From Patescibacteria group bacterium (GTDB taxonomy: Bacteria > Patescibacteriota > Patescibacteriia > UBA9934 > GWF2-40-263): a stretch of DNA of 64,000 nucleotides. The notes below the pieces were generated by a model, which saw only the letters and a program-made list of their open reading frames with translations, was not told where the DNA came from and made no database searches. The translations under genes and the position numbers were made by a program. How positions within the stretch are numbered: position 1 is the stretch's first letter; each line of letters begins with the position of its first letter. The DNA lies in contig JAHJAM010000023.1 in the NCBI GenBank assembly GCA_018814025.1, forward strand, positions 1,896 through 65,895, in the 5' to 3' direction. Below are positions 20,128-30,237 of the stretch, in pieces.

Positions 20128-20682
20128 TTACGGCAAATCGACTCCAAAATAATAGCTGACTAAGCGCCCGACGCCATAACCCAGCATGGCCGCCCCCAAA
20201 GAAATCCCGGCCATTTCCAATCCGCTTTTCACTCGCGAACGTTTTGTGTATTTCGCGCTCCAAACCCCAAGCAGATACAGCACCGCCACCGTGGCCAGAA
20301 TCGATGGCAAATAAGAATCTTTAATCGGCAATAAAAAATACGGCAGTAAAGGCACGAAACCGCCCGCAAAATAACACACCCCCATTACCAATCCGGCTCG
20401 AATCGGCTGAACCAAAACATGTTCGCAATCTTTGTGTTTGTTATTCAAGGCCGAGGTTTGAGCCGCCGCGTAAGATTTTGACGACAAATAACTACCCGCG
20501 GCCATTGAAGACGCTTCCACCGCGATTAAAGTTAATCCAGCCAAAATCACCATGTAAGTATTCTGCGCCCCGGCCGCGATCCCGGTTACCGCTCCCAAAG
20601 TCGAAACTAAACTGTCTTCCAAACCGAAAACAATCTCGCGAATATTGCTGACAATTGCCTTTGGTCTGATCTTTAAAAACAT
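20128..20682 (-). CDS. VIT1/CCC1 family Fe/Mn transporter
   Basis: REIVFGLEDSLVSTLG, SMAAGSYLSSKS, GFVPLLPY. Confidence 0.9.
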   Translation of the reverse strand: MFLKIRPKAIVSNIREIVFGLEDSLVSTLGAVTGIAAGAQNTYMVILAGLTLIAVEASSMAAGSYLSSKSYAAAQTSALNNKHKDCEHVLVQPIRAGLVMGVCYFAGGFVPLLPYFLLPIKDSYLPSILATVAVLYLLGVWSAKYTKRSRVKSGLEMAGISLGAAMLGYGVGRLVSYYFGVDLP

Positions 20683-20759
20683 ATTAAAACAATTATACCA
20701 TTCTTTCACTCATGCTATACTGTAAAGGCATTAACATTCTATCCCCACTTTAATCCCCT

Positions 20760-21209
20760 ATGCACATTCCGCAGGAATACGGACAATTTGCCGAACCGAC
20801 CATGATCGTGGCCACTGACAGCCAGCAAGCGCGGCTCTTTCTGGCTCGGCAAAACCTCGTGGAGGAAGTCGGGGTGGTTGAAAGCCATTATCCGCCTAAG
20901 GATGATATGGAACGCACTTCCGGACAATCCCCCAGTGGCGATCACTTCGCTGAACAAAACGAATCCACCAAGACCATCTCGCGCGAAAAGCTTTATCAAG
21001 CGTTATCTGAAGAATTAATGAACCGCTTTCATCGCCAAGAGTTCTCCAGTCTAATTTTGGCCGCGCCTGAGGAACATTTAAACGAATTGCGCGATTCGCT
21101 TCATCTGGATTTGATCAAACGAACTCAGGCGTTCATCCCCAAACTTCTGACTTCCGAAGATTTGCTCGACATTATCATCCACGCCCAAGATGCATTAGCT
21201 GAAAACTAA
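20760..21209 (+). CDS. Host-attachment protein family (baeRF-related)
   Basis: IVATDSQQARLF N-terminus and LILAAP..L.ELR..L motif. Confidence 0.65.
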   Translation: MHIPQEYGQFAEPTMIVATDSQQARLFLARQNLVEEVGVVESHYPPKDDMERTSGQSPSGDHFAEQNESTKTISREKLYQALSEELMNRFHRQEFSSLILAAPEEHLNELRDSLHLDLIKRTQAFIPKLLTSEDLLDIIIHAQDALAEN

Positions 21210-21259
21210 ACTCAAATCAAAAACACCCCGGTTGAGCCGAGGTGTTTTTATTTCTGCCG

Positions 21260-24241
21260 CTATTGGACGGCCGGCGCCTCAGCGAAAGGATTCAAGACCG
21301 GCAAATCAATTTCTCCTTCTTCGCCCGTACCCGCTTCGCTCGCCGCTACCGCTGCTTTAGCCACCACATGAACTACAATGCCGGCTGTTTCCAATTGTCC
21401 GCCGTTTTTTTCTTCCGCCACTGCCCGCAAAGCCCAGTCGCCCGAAGACGGCAAACCCCAAGTGAAAGTCAAAAATGGTGACTCGGGATTAATTTTCGCG
21501 GCCACGCTTTGCTGATCCCCAAGACCGATTGGTTGGGCCAACACTGTTACCAAACGATACTTGGTCGGCTGATCGATTGAGACCACCACGTCAAACTCAT
21601 TCTGTCCCTCCGACCACTCAATGGTTTGGCCATTCTTGGGATCAATAATTTCGAACCCGCTGGCCGCGGCCTCGCTCATAATCCGCAGACCCTCGGTATC
21701 GGACCCGCTATTGCCCACATCATCATAAGCCACCACTTTCAAAGTGTGGTAGCCCCGCTCCACCGTATTGGGTATAATCGCCTGCAAGTTGTAGGGAAAA
21801 TATTGATCATATCCCAGGAAAAAACCGTCCAGATAAAATTCCACTCGAGCCACGCCGCGCGCCGCTTCCGCTTCCACTTCAATCATCACCCCTCGATCGT
21901 TAATGTCTGTGTTATCGCGCGGACTGTTAATCTGCACGGATGGAAAATTCTCCGGCACATGCACGTCATCAAACTCAGTCGGCGCTTCGGCTCGCATGAT
22001 TTCCACCCCGGTCTCTTCTTGTTTCTTTTGAATCCAGATTTCAATGGCTGCTTCCCAGTTTTTATAATATGGATCCTGATCCGGCTTGCCGGGTGCGGCC
22101 CCCAAAACATCGCTCCGATCCACGTAATGCAATAAGGAGTGATATTGCGCGAATAGTTTTTCTTCCTTGTATTGCGGTGGCGTGTATTCGGTGGCTAATT
22201 TTCCCGTAATCTTATCAACCGTTACTTGTTTTTGCTCCAACTGTCCGTCTAAAACCGCTTTTCCCGTGATTGGAATATTTGGAGCGGTAAATGATTCCAC
22301 GGCCTCGCCTTCCAAAGCTTTGCGCATGAATGAATTCCAAATCGGTCCGGCCACGGTTGAGCCGCCCGCGCCTCGGTGCATTTCTGCATTGTCATTATTG
22401 CCGCCCCAGACCCCGGCCGCCAAAGACGGCGTATAGCCCACGGTCCAAGCGTCATGATAATCATTGGTCGTGCCGGTTTTGGCCGCCACTGGCCGCCCGC
22501 CCAAAGTCAGCGGGCTATTGCTGCCAAAAAACGGAGTTCTGGCCGCATTATCCGACAAAACATTAGTCATCATGCGAGCCACGTTCTCGTCCATGACTTT
22601 ATATCCGCTCGTTTCTTTCCACTCTCGCAGCACTTGTCCCTCGGCATCTTCCACTTTCAAAATGACCACCGGGTCATAATGAACTCCCTCATTGGCAAAC
22701 GCGGCAAAAGCGTTGACGTGTTCCAAAAGTTTCACTTCTCCGCCACCCAAAACAATTGCCAAACCGAATCGGGACCGATCGGCAAAAGACGTGTAACCCA
22801 GGTCTTCCGCAAAGCCCAAGGCATTTTCCACCCCGACCATATACAGCATTTTTACCGCCGGGATATTCAAAGAGCCTTGGATGGCATCGCGCACCCGAAT
22901 TGGGCCTCTTTCTTTCAAATCATAATTGTTCGGCGAATAGTTGCCCGTAGCCGTGGGGAAATCCGTCTTCACATCCCAAAGCACCGTATTGGGCGTATAA
23001 CCCATATCAAAAGCCTTGGCGTAAACGATCGGTTTGATGCTTGAACCCGGCTGGCGCAAGCGGGTGGAAACATTAACCATGCCGTCAATCTCATCATCAA
23101 AATAATCCTTACTGCCCACCATAGCTAAAATCTGGCCGTTTTTCGGATCAATTGCCACCAAGGAAGCATTGTTGAAACCCAAAGCTTCGCCATTGGCTTC
23201 CACTCCTTCCCAAACCGCCTCTTCCGCGGCTTCTTGTTTTTCAAAATCTATGGTCGTAATCACTTTTAATCCGCCATCCTCAACCATGCGCTGCCCATAT
23301 TCTTCCTCCAGCATTTCTTTAACGTAAAAAACGAAATGCGGCGCTTTAATATTTGTCACGCTGACTTCAACCGGCGTGATCTCGGCTTTGGCTTTATCTG
23401 CCTCCTCCCGGCTGATAAATTCCAAATCAACCATCCCATCCAAAATCCAGTTTCGACGCGTCTCCAGGCTTTCCTGGTCATTCAGATAAGCCGTTGGCGC
23501 CTGTGGCAAAGCCGCTAAGGTCGCGGCTTCAGCCAAAGTTAGCTGATCCACTGTTTTTCCAAAATAATTTTGCGCCGCGGCCTGAACGCCATAATAAGTT
23601 GATCCGTAAGGAATCTCATTGAAATAAATTTGCAGAATTTCGTCCTTGGAATAGCGCCGTTCCAACTCCAAGGAGATAAGTAATTCCTTGATCTTTCTGA
23701 TCACGGTTCGCTCCGGTGACAAAATCGCATTCTTCACCAACTGCTGAGTCAGAGTCGATCCACCACCCTTTTTGCCCCGATAGACCACCGCCCGCAGCAA
23801 ACCCGTAAAACTAAAACCGTGATGAGAACAAAATTTTCGATCCTCGGCCGCAATTGTAGCTTGGAGCACGAAAAGCGGGATGCCGTTTAAATCCTTCTCC
23901 ATTTGATCGTCATCGTTGCAAAACCCTTCTTGAATTTTTACTAAAGTCCGATTTTCATCTCCGAAAATTTCATAAAGCAAATGCTCGCCGGTTCGGTCAT
24001 AAATTTTCGTACTCTGGCTGATCGACCGTTCGGTCAAAGAATTGGGATCCGGCAAATCTCGACTGATGAAAGCAAACAACCCGAGCAAAAACAATGAGCC
24101 TGCCACCCCCAAAACCACGGCCAGCAAGATTAAGTTCTTCATAATCTCTCTGGGCTGCCAGCCGCCGCTGTGATGATATGTTGTATTTGATCGGACCGTG
24201 CTCTTTTTCCAACCGTGTCCTTGAGAATATTTTTTACCCAT
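21260..24241 (-). CDS. Class A penicillin-binding protein (PBP1A family) with C-terminal Ig-like domains
   Basis: AAEDRKF, GGSTLTQQLVKN, QPGSSIKP, SLN, KTGT. Confidence 0.93.
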   Translation of the reverse strand: MGKKYSQGHGWKKSTVRSNTTYHHSGGWQPREIMKNLILLAVVLGVAGSLFLLGLFAFISRDLPDPNSLTERSISQSTKIYDRTGEHLLYEIFGDENRTLVKIQEGFCNDDDQMEKDLNGIPLFVLQATIAAEDRKFCSHHGFSFTGLLRAVVYRGKKGGGSTLTQQLVKNAILSPERTVIRKIKELLISLELERRYSKDEILQIYFNEIPYGSTYYGVQAAAQNYFGKTVDQLTLAEAATLAALPQAPTAYLNDQESLETRRNWILDGMVDLEFISREEADKAKAEITPVEVSVTNIKAPHFVFYVKEMLEEEYGQRMVEDGGLKVITTIDFEKQEAAEEAVWEGVEANGEALGFNNASLVAIDPKNGQILAMVGSKDYFDDEIDGMVNVSTRLRQPGSSIKPIVYAKAFDMGYTPNTVLWDVKTDFPTATGNYSPNNYDLKERGPIRVRDAIQGSLNIPAVKMLYMVGVENALGFAEDLGYTSFADRSRFGLAIVLGGGEVKLLEHVNAFAAFANEGVHYDPVVILKVEDAEGQVLREWKETSGYKVMDENVARMMTNVLSDNAARTPFFGSNSPLTLGGRPVAAKTGTTNDYHDAWTVGYTPSLAAGVWGGNNDNAEMHRGAGGSTVAGPIWNSFMRKALEGEAVESFTAPNIPITGKAVLDGQLEQKQVTVDKITGKLATEYTPPQYKEEKLFAQYHSLLHYVDRSDVLGAAPGKPDQDPYYKNWEAAIEIWIQKKQEETGVEIMRAEAPTEFDDVHVPENFPSVQINSPRDNTDINDRGVMIEVEAEAARGVARVEFYLDGFFLGYDQYFPYNLQAIIPNTVERGYHTLKVVAYDDVGNSGSDTEGLRIMSEAAASGFEIIDPKNGQTIEWSEGQNEFDVVVSIDQPTKYRLVTVLAQPIGLGDQQSVAAKINPESPFLTFTWGLPSSGDWALRAVAEEKNGGQLETAGIVVHVVAKAAVAASEAGTGEEGEIDLPVLNPFAEAPAVQ

Positions 24242-24480
24242 ATTGTCTTTAGAATAGCCTAAATCTACCATTTTTCCAAGCCTTAATTTCCTTTGAATAC
24301 CATTTCGACTCATGGAACAGTAAAAGTATGAAATTCGTTATTACTTTGCTGTTCAAACTCTGAATCGTCAAATTGCCAGCGTGGATATCTGGGATTGACG
24401 ATTCTCCATTTTTCTGATAACATGCTTCCAGCTCCCAAAGGGGGGCTTTTCTTATTTCCGGGAGGCTTAATTGTATCCCT

Positions 24481-25020
24481 ATGGCCGCAAGCAAAAAACA
24501 ATTCACCCCACAAACCATCCTCTCGGCTTGCCGCCGTCATTTTGTGGACTTTAGTTTTGTCATCTTGGCCGGCATCTTAGCCTTCAATGTGATTTTTGCG
24601 ACAGCCGTCAGTGCTGACAGCAATCAAGCCGCCCAATTCCCCAAAAAAGAAACCGTGGCCATGATGGTTGAAGCCATGCAAAATCAAACCACCGGTTACG
24701 GTTCTTTGCCTGAAGCCGGGGTGGGCCAACCGCGCTGGAGCATCACTGTTCCGGTTACCGCCTACTCTTCCGAACCCTGGCAAACCGATGACACCCCCTT
24801 CATCACCGCTTCCGGCACCCATGTCCGCGACGGCATTGTGGCCGCCAACTTTCTTCCGATCGGCACCCAAGTTCGCATCCCCGAAGTCTATGGTGATAAA
24901 GTCTTTGTGGTTGAAGATCGCATGAACCCCCGTTACTACTACCACCTGGATATTTGGATGTCCCAAACGCCTGAAGCCAAAAACTTTGGACGCAAACACT
25001 TAAAAATTGAGGTATTTTAA
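24481..25020 (+). CDS. 3D-domain (lytic transglycosylase-like) exported protein
   Basis: VTAYSS..QTDDTPFITASG, VAANFLPIGT, VEDRM, DIWM. Confidence 0.88.
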   Translation: MAASKKQFTPQTILSACRRHFVDFSFVILAGILAFNVIFATAVSADSNQAAQFPKKETVAMMVEAMQNQTTGYGSLPEAGVGQPRWSITVPVTAYSSEPWQTDDTPFITASGTHVRDGIVAANFLPIGTQVRIPEVYGDKVFVVEDRMNPRYYYHLDIWMSQTPEAKNFGRKHLKIEVF

Positions 25021-25073
25021 GCTAAAGAATTGATCAATCAGTTAATTTCTGTTACATTTTGACCAAGAATTCA

Positions 25074-25148
25074 GGCCACGTGGCGAAGTGGTAACGCAGC
25101 GGTCTGCAAAACCGCGATGCGCCGGTTCAAATCCGGCCGTGGCCTCCA
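25074..25148 (+). tRNA. tRNA-Cys(GCA)
   Basis: GGCCACG/CGTGGCC, GCA anticodon, U73, CCA. Confidence 0.95.
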
Positions 25149-25202
25149 AAATCATCTAATCATCAAAAACCCCCGCTTTTGCGGGGGTTTTAGTTTGAAA
25201 TT

Positions 25203-26336
25203 TTATTGTTTGATCGGCATCACGATGTAAAGATATTCCTTTTTTTCTTCTTTTGGGGTGATCAAACACGGATTTGACGGATCGATCATTTCAAATAATA
25301 TCTTCTCAGTTGAAATTGCATTCAGTCCATCCAGCAAATATCGATAATTAACCGTCACATTATTAACTTCTCCGGTAATTTCCGCCGTGCAAGTCGCCAC
25401 ATTCTCACCCCGGTTATTGTCCACGGCTCTGATTGAAAATTCGCCTTTACTTGGCGCAATTTCCAAGGTCACATCAAAAAGTCCGGTCTTTGAAAACAAA
25501 CTTGCCGCTTTCACCGCTTTAATAAAATCTTCACGGTCAATCATCACGGAAGTTCGATATTGTTTAGGGATAATTTGCCGATAATCAGGGTAATTTCCTT
25601 CAATTATACGTGAAATTAACTCCACCGAACCATAATTGAATACCACCTGATTTTCGGACAAATTCATCACTATCTCGCCTGGTGCATCAACCGAATCCTT
25701 GAAAACCGAAAGAATGCGGCCAACCTCAGATAAAGCTTTGGTTGGTACGATCACTTCCATATCCTCAAGCGGCGCCTTGGCTAATGGCAAGGTTCGCTCG
25801 GCCAGTCGATAAGAATCAGTCGCCGCCAAAACAACCTGTCCCCCGCCGTCTTTTGTAAACCGCATAAAAACCCCGGTTAACTCCGGTCGAGATTCATTCA
25901 AAGCCGAAGCGAATAAAACTTGCGTCAAAGCCCGGCGAAAATCATCTGCTTTAATTTGATATGACTTACTCGCTTCGACGGTTGGGATCAAAGGAAACTC
26001 TGAGGCTGATACGCCATTAATCCGCGTCTTATGATTTCCACACACCACCCTCATACCGTCATCCTTAATTTCCATCTCCACAGTTTCATTCGGCAGCAAA
26101 GAAACATAGTCTAAAAATAATTTTGTCGGAGTCGTATATTCGCCCGGCGCATCAACCTTTCCCCTTACGCTGCAGCTGATCGCCGTTTCCAAATTGGTCG
26201 TAGTAAAACGAATATTTCCGCCTTCTGCCTTGATCAAAACATTCTGCAACACCGGTAAATTAACTCCTTTGTTAATTAAATGTCCGGTAACCGACAAACC
26301 TTGATATAAGTTTTCCCTTGTACAAGAAATTTTCAT
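25203..26336 (-). CDS. dnaN: DNA polymerase III beta clamp
   Basis: RPELTGV, AATDSYRLAE, IEGNYPDY, YIVMPI; follows dnaA. Confidence 0.97.
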   Translation of the reverse strand: MKISCTRENLYQGLSVTGHLINKGVNLPVLQNVLIKAEGGNIRFTTTNLETAISCSVRGKVDAPGEYTTPTKLFLDYVSLLPNETVEMEIKDDGMRVVCGNHKTRINGVSASEFPLIPTVEASKSYQIKADDFRRALTQVLFASALNESRPELTGVFMRFTKDGGGQVVLAATDSYRLAERTLPLAKAPLEDMEVIVPTKALSEVGRILSVFKDSVDAPGEIVMNLSENQVVFNYGSVELISRIIEGNYPDYRQIIPKQYRTSVMIDREDFIKAVKAASLFSKTGLFDVTLEIAPSKGEFSIRAVDNNRGENVATCTAEITGEVNNVTVNYRYLLDGLNAISTEKILFEMIDPSNPCLITPKEEKKEYLYIVMPIKQ

Positions 26337-26612
26337 ATTCTTTCCTCCCGCTTTTTATTATAATTTTTTCTTTATATATAACAGTAGTAACAATAAGGTA
26401 TGTGGATGGTTTGGATAACTCATTTTAACCCTGATTTTACAGGCTGTTCTTATTACGCAGATGTGCGCTTCTTTGTGTGGTGAACCTGCTTAGAATGAGG
26501 ATACTTTACTCTTTGATTCTGAACACAATATTTATCTACAGTTACCAAGTGTTTGTTCCACAGCTTTATTCACAATCGAGAGTTCACTTTTCCACAGTCT
26601 GATCACAGAAAT
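26337..26612. other. oriC-like region
   Basis: Several DnaA-box variants (TTATTCACA, TTTTCCACA, TTATCTACA); minus strand TTATCCAAAC-CATCCACA then trinucleotide repeats TTA-TTG-TTA-CTA-CTG-TTA and an AT tract, resembling the B. subtilis box/DnaA-trio/AT layout. Confidence 0.7.
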
Positions 26613-28013
26613 TTAAAGTGCGTACAGTCTTTGCTTAATCAATTCAATATCATGTCTTAATTTTTCATCTTCCTCCAAGCAGCCATTAATTTTTTCATAA
26701 GCGTGCATGGCTGTGGTGTGGTCGCGACCGCCTAATTCTGTGCCAATCGTCGGATAACTCATCTTCATTTCTTCCCGCATAATGAACATGGTAATTTGAC
26801 GGGGAAAGGCCAAACGTTTTTCTCGACTCTTGCCTAAAAGGTCTTCGATTTCCAGGTCAAAATATCCGGCCATGGTTTGGATTAGCTGTCGCGGGGTTAC
26901 ATTCTTTCGTGTTCCGGTCGGCTTAAAGCTGGCCATGATCGGTTGCACGGTATCAACGGTCGGTGAAATATTTTTAAATTGATGGAAAGCGATAATTTTA
27001 TTCAATGCCCCTTCCAATTCTCGCACATTGCTTTGGACGGCCATGGCCATGCAATGGAGTACTTCATTAGCCAGTGGATAACCTTTTTCTTGGCACTTCG
27101 TTTCCAGGATGGCCACGCGCGTTTCAAAGTCCGGACTGCCGACATCGGCCATCATCCCGCACTCAAATCGGGAAATTAACCTGCTTTCCAGGGTTGGGAT
27201 GGCTTTTGGTGGTCGGTCAGAAGTGATCACAATCTGTCTGTTTGACTGATATAATTGGTTAAAAGTGTGAAAAAACTCCTCTTGAGTGCCTTCTTTTCCG
27301 GTAATAAATTGGATATCGTCAACCAGTAGCAAATCGACATTTCTATAGCGATTTTTGAATTCTCGAGCCTGTCCGCCCCGAACCGCATTAATAAAGTCAT
27401 TGGTAAAACGCTCGCAAGTCACGTATAAAACTTTAACATTTGGGTTTTTATTGATCATTTCGTTCCCGATCGACTGCAACAGGTGAGTTTTTCCCAGACC
27501 CACCCCACCATAGATAAATAATGGGTTATAAACTCCTCCTGGCTGGGCCGCCACCGCCTGAGCTGCCGCATGAGCCAGCTCATTTTGTTTACCCACCACG
27601 AAATTTACAAAATTATATTTGCTGTTTACGGTTAAATCTCCTGAAACTTGTGATTGGCTGCCGGCTGATGGCATTGGTTGATGAGTCTGTAAGTTTTCTT
27701 GGTCGGGGATGGACTCTGGCCTATTCCCCATCACCTCTGCAGGGATCATTTGTGGTGATGCTGGGCGATTTTCAACTCGGTAGACGATCGTCTTAGTCCG
27801 GTTTCCGGTCAGATTCTGCAACGAAGTCATGATCTCTTTGTGATACTTCTTCTCAAGCCAGGCTTTGGTAAAAAGATTAGGTACGCCAATTATGACCTCC
27901 TCCTCCCGGCAAGATGCGATAAAAGTATTTTTAAACCAAGTGGTGAAATTAGCTTTGCTTAAAGAGAGTTCAAGCTCTCCCAAGACCGCCTGCCACAACT
28001 CATTTGAATCCAT
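26613..28013 (-). CDS. dnaA: Chromosomal replication initiator DnaA
   Basis: YNPLFIYGGVGLGKTHL, LLVDDIQF, NVRELEGAL, GGRDHTT. Confidence 0.98.
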   Translation of the reverse strand: MDSNELWQAVLGELELSLSKANFTTWFKNTFIASCREEEVIIGVPNLFTKAWLEKKYHKEIMTSLQNLTGNRTKTIVYRVENRPASPQMIPAEVMGNRPESIPDQENLQTHQPMPSAGSQSQVSGDLTVNSKYNFVNFVVGKQNELAHAAAQAVAAQPGGVYNPLFIYGGVGLGKTHLLQSIGNEMINKNPNVKVLYVTCERFTNDFINAVRGGQAREFKNRYRNVDLLLVDDIQFITGKEGTQEEFFHTFNQLYQSNRQIVITSDRPPKAIPTLESRLISRFECGMMADVGSPDFETRVAILETKCQEKGYPLANEVLHCMAMAVQSNVRELEGALNKIIAFHQFKNISPTVDTVQPIMASFKPTGTRKNVTPRQLIQTMAGYFDLEIEDLLGKSREKRLAFPRQITMFIMREEMKMSYPTIGTELGGRDHTTAMHAYEKINGCLEEDEKLRHDIELIKQRLYAL

Positions 28014-28292
28014 ACTCACCCCAGAGATTGAAGAAATAAATCAAAGACTAGCTTCGACAGTGTAAACCATATATCCACAAGCAGGCAAGTCCTGTGAGTA
28101 AACTTGACAAATTCATAAAAGTCCATAAAATCAAGCTCTCAAGAGGGTCTTCTAATAAACAACAACAAAAGACCATCATCCCTGTTGCGGTTGTTCACCG
28201 ACCGCTCATTCATCAAAAATAACAGTTGATAAACTGTGGATGATTTGTTAATATGGGGAACAGTTAATGCTGAATTTGTAATCAATAATTTT

Positions 28293-28448
28293 ATGGCCAC
28301 CAAAAGAACCTATCAGCCCAAAAAAAAGCGCCGAGCCAAAGTCCACGGCTTCCGGAGCAAAATGAAAACCGCCAGCGGCCGCAAAGTGCTGAGCGCTCGT
28401 CGTGCCAAAGGCCGCAAAAAAGTTTCCGTTCAAGCTAAGAAGAAATAA
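28293..28448 (+). CDS. rpmH: 50S ribosomal protein L34
   Basis: [28 protein letters not shown]. Confidence 0.97.
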   Translation: MATKRTYQPKKKRRAKVHGFRSKMKTASGRKVLSARRAKGRKKVSVQAKKK

Positions 28449-28449
28449 C

Positions 28450-28788
28450 ATGCTGCCCAAGGAAAATCGTCTTCGCCTTGATAAAGATATCAAAACGCTC
28501 TTTGCCAAAGGAAAGGGCGTTTTTGGTGTTATTTGTGGAATCAAATATCGTTCAAATCATTTGTCGGTTTCTCGCTTCGCGGTTGTGGTTGGCATCAAAG
28601 TTTCCAAAAAGGCTGTGGTTCGTAATCGTTTGCGCCGGCAGATTCGGGCCATGCTTCGCCAGGAGCTTGAACATTTTCGTCCCGGTTATGATCTGATGAT
28701 TTTGGTTCGCCCGGCCGCCGTTAATCAAACCCGCGATGAGATTCAGACAGATTTGTTGAAAAACCTGAAGAAAACCCCGGTTTTATAG
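28450..28788 (+). CDS. rnpA: RNase P protein component
   Basis: MLPKENRL, KKAVVRNRLRR (RNR motif). Confidence 0.95.
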   Translation: MLPKENRLRLDKDIKTLFAKGKGVFGVICGIKYRSNHLSVSRFAVVVGIKVSKKAVVRNRLRRQIRAMLRQELEHFRPGYDLMILVRPAAVNQTRDEIQTDLLKNLKKTPVL

Positions 28789-28792
28789 TTTT

Positions 28793-29068
28793 ATGATCGA
28801 ATGGATTTTGCGCTTGCCTCGACGTCTGGCCATGCTGATCATTCGCCTTTATCAAAAGACCTTGTCTTTTGATCATGGTTTGCCCAGATTTCTTTTCCCG
28901 CACGGTTATTGTCGGTTTCATCCTACCTGTTCCCAATATGGATATGAGTGCTTTCGAGCCCACGGCCTGATCAAAGGAAGTTTATATGCCGTCTGGCGCA
29001 TTCTCAGATGCAATCCTTGGTCCCGGGGCGGCCATGATCCGATTCCCAAAAATAAATCCGGCTTTTAA
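28793..29068 (+). CDS. yidD: Membrane protein insertion efficiency factor YidD
   Basis: CRFHPTCSQY, RILRCNPW..GG.DP. Confidence 0.95.
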   Translation: MIEWILRLPRRLAMLIIRLYQKTLSFDHGLPRFLFPHGYCRFHPTCSQYGYECFRAHGLIKGSLYAVWRILRCNPWSRGGHDPIPKNKSGF

Positions 29069-29310
29069 GCCGGATTTTTGAATGCTTGATCAGGGATTTC
29101 GAATTGTTTCATTCTCGTCGTTGCCCCTCGGATCAGTTCAATTTGTGAAGGCGCAATCTTCAGCTCTTGCGAGAGCAGTTTAATAACCGCCTCATTCGCC
29201 CTCCCCTTTTCCGGTGCGGCCACCACCGCCACTTTCACTGTTTCCCGATCCAGCCAAGCGATTACCTTGTTGCTTTTTGCTCTGGGTTTAACGTGTACAG
29301 TCAGGATCAT
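29065..29310 (-). CDS. DUF167/YggU family protein
   Basis: VHVKPRAK, APEKGRANEAVI..L, G.T.R.K. Confidence 0.88.
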   Translation of the reverse strand: MILTVHVKPRAKSNKVIAWLDRETVKVAVVAAPEKGRANEAVIKLLSQELKIAPSQIELIRGATTRMKQFEIPDQAFKNPA

Positions 29311-30115
29311 AGGTGCATTCGGCCGCTTCAATCGTTTCCGTGGCCTTGATAATTTCTTCATGGATATGTCCGTTAGAAGCCACCAAATCTCGGCAGCAAA
29401 CATTCCAAGGATGTCCGCAATAATCAGTAATTCCCCCGCCGGCTTCTTTTACCAGCAAGGCTCCGGCCGCCGTGTCCCAGGATTTCGCGCCAGTTAAGAT
29501 GACCCCCTCGGTCCGTCCGCAAGCCACGGTTGTCAGCATGATGGCCGCTGAACCCAGGCGGCGGAAATACGAAGTGGTTTTTTCCAAAGCATACAAGATT
29601 TGTCCGTGCCGAATCACGCTTTCGTTATCATGCGCTCGTCCGGCCATCAGCATTCTTCGGCCGTGCATGTCTCGATCGGAAACCATAATTTTTTCTCCAT
29701 TTAAAGTTGTGCCCTTGCCAGCTTCGGCCAAGAATAATTCATCCTGTATTGGATCATAGATTAATCCCAAAACCGGTTCCTTGTCTTTGATCAACGCAAT
29801 CGTAATCGCAAACAAGGGGATGCCGCGCGTAAAATTTGAAGTGCCGTCCAAAGGGTCGATCACCCAGGTTAATTGGTCTGACATTTCAAAGTTATCGGAG
29901 TTTTCCATTTCCTCACTCAAGATTGAATAGTTTGGAAACGCGGATTTGAGTCTTTCGATAATTATTTTATTTGAGGCCAAATCCACTTCCGAAACCGGTT
30001 CATTATGCTTTTTGTAAGTGATGTTATTTGCATGTTTGGATTTAAAAGCCGACCGAAGAATTTCTCCGGCCTCGTTGGCTACACTGATGGCAATATCCGC
30101 TTCTTTTTCGTACAT
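29288..30115 (-). CDS. Inositol monophosphatase family (SuhB-like)
   Basis: ILSEE, WVIDPLDGTSNF, RRLGSAA, WDTAAG. Confidence 0.93.
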   Translation of the reverse strand: MYEKEADIAISVANEAGEILRSAFKSKHANNITYKKHNEPVSEVDLASNKIIIERLKSAFPNYSILSEEMENSDNFEMSDQLTWVIDPLDGTSNFTRGIPLFAITIALIKDKEPVLGLIYDPIQDELFLAEAGKGTTLNGEKIMVSDRDMHGRRMLMAGRAHDNESVIRHGQILYALEKTTSYFRRLGSAAIMLTTVACGRTEGVILTGAKSWDTAAGALLVKEAGGGITDYCGHPWNVCCRDLVASNGHIHEEIIKATETIEAAECTYDPDCTR

Positions 30116-30237
30116 ATTCACTAAAAAACACAACATTCACCTTACCGCGTCTGGAGATTATTGCAAGCCTCAAGGTTTCATCAATAAAAAAACCCCGCGT
30201 CTAGATCGACGCGGGGCCGGGTTACAGAACTAAACTG

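Noticed and set aside
24278-24480. c-di-AMP (ydaO) riboswitch
   Set aside because: The gene context fits but I could not match the consensus; kept as an unknown leader
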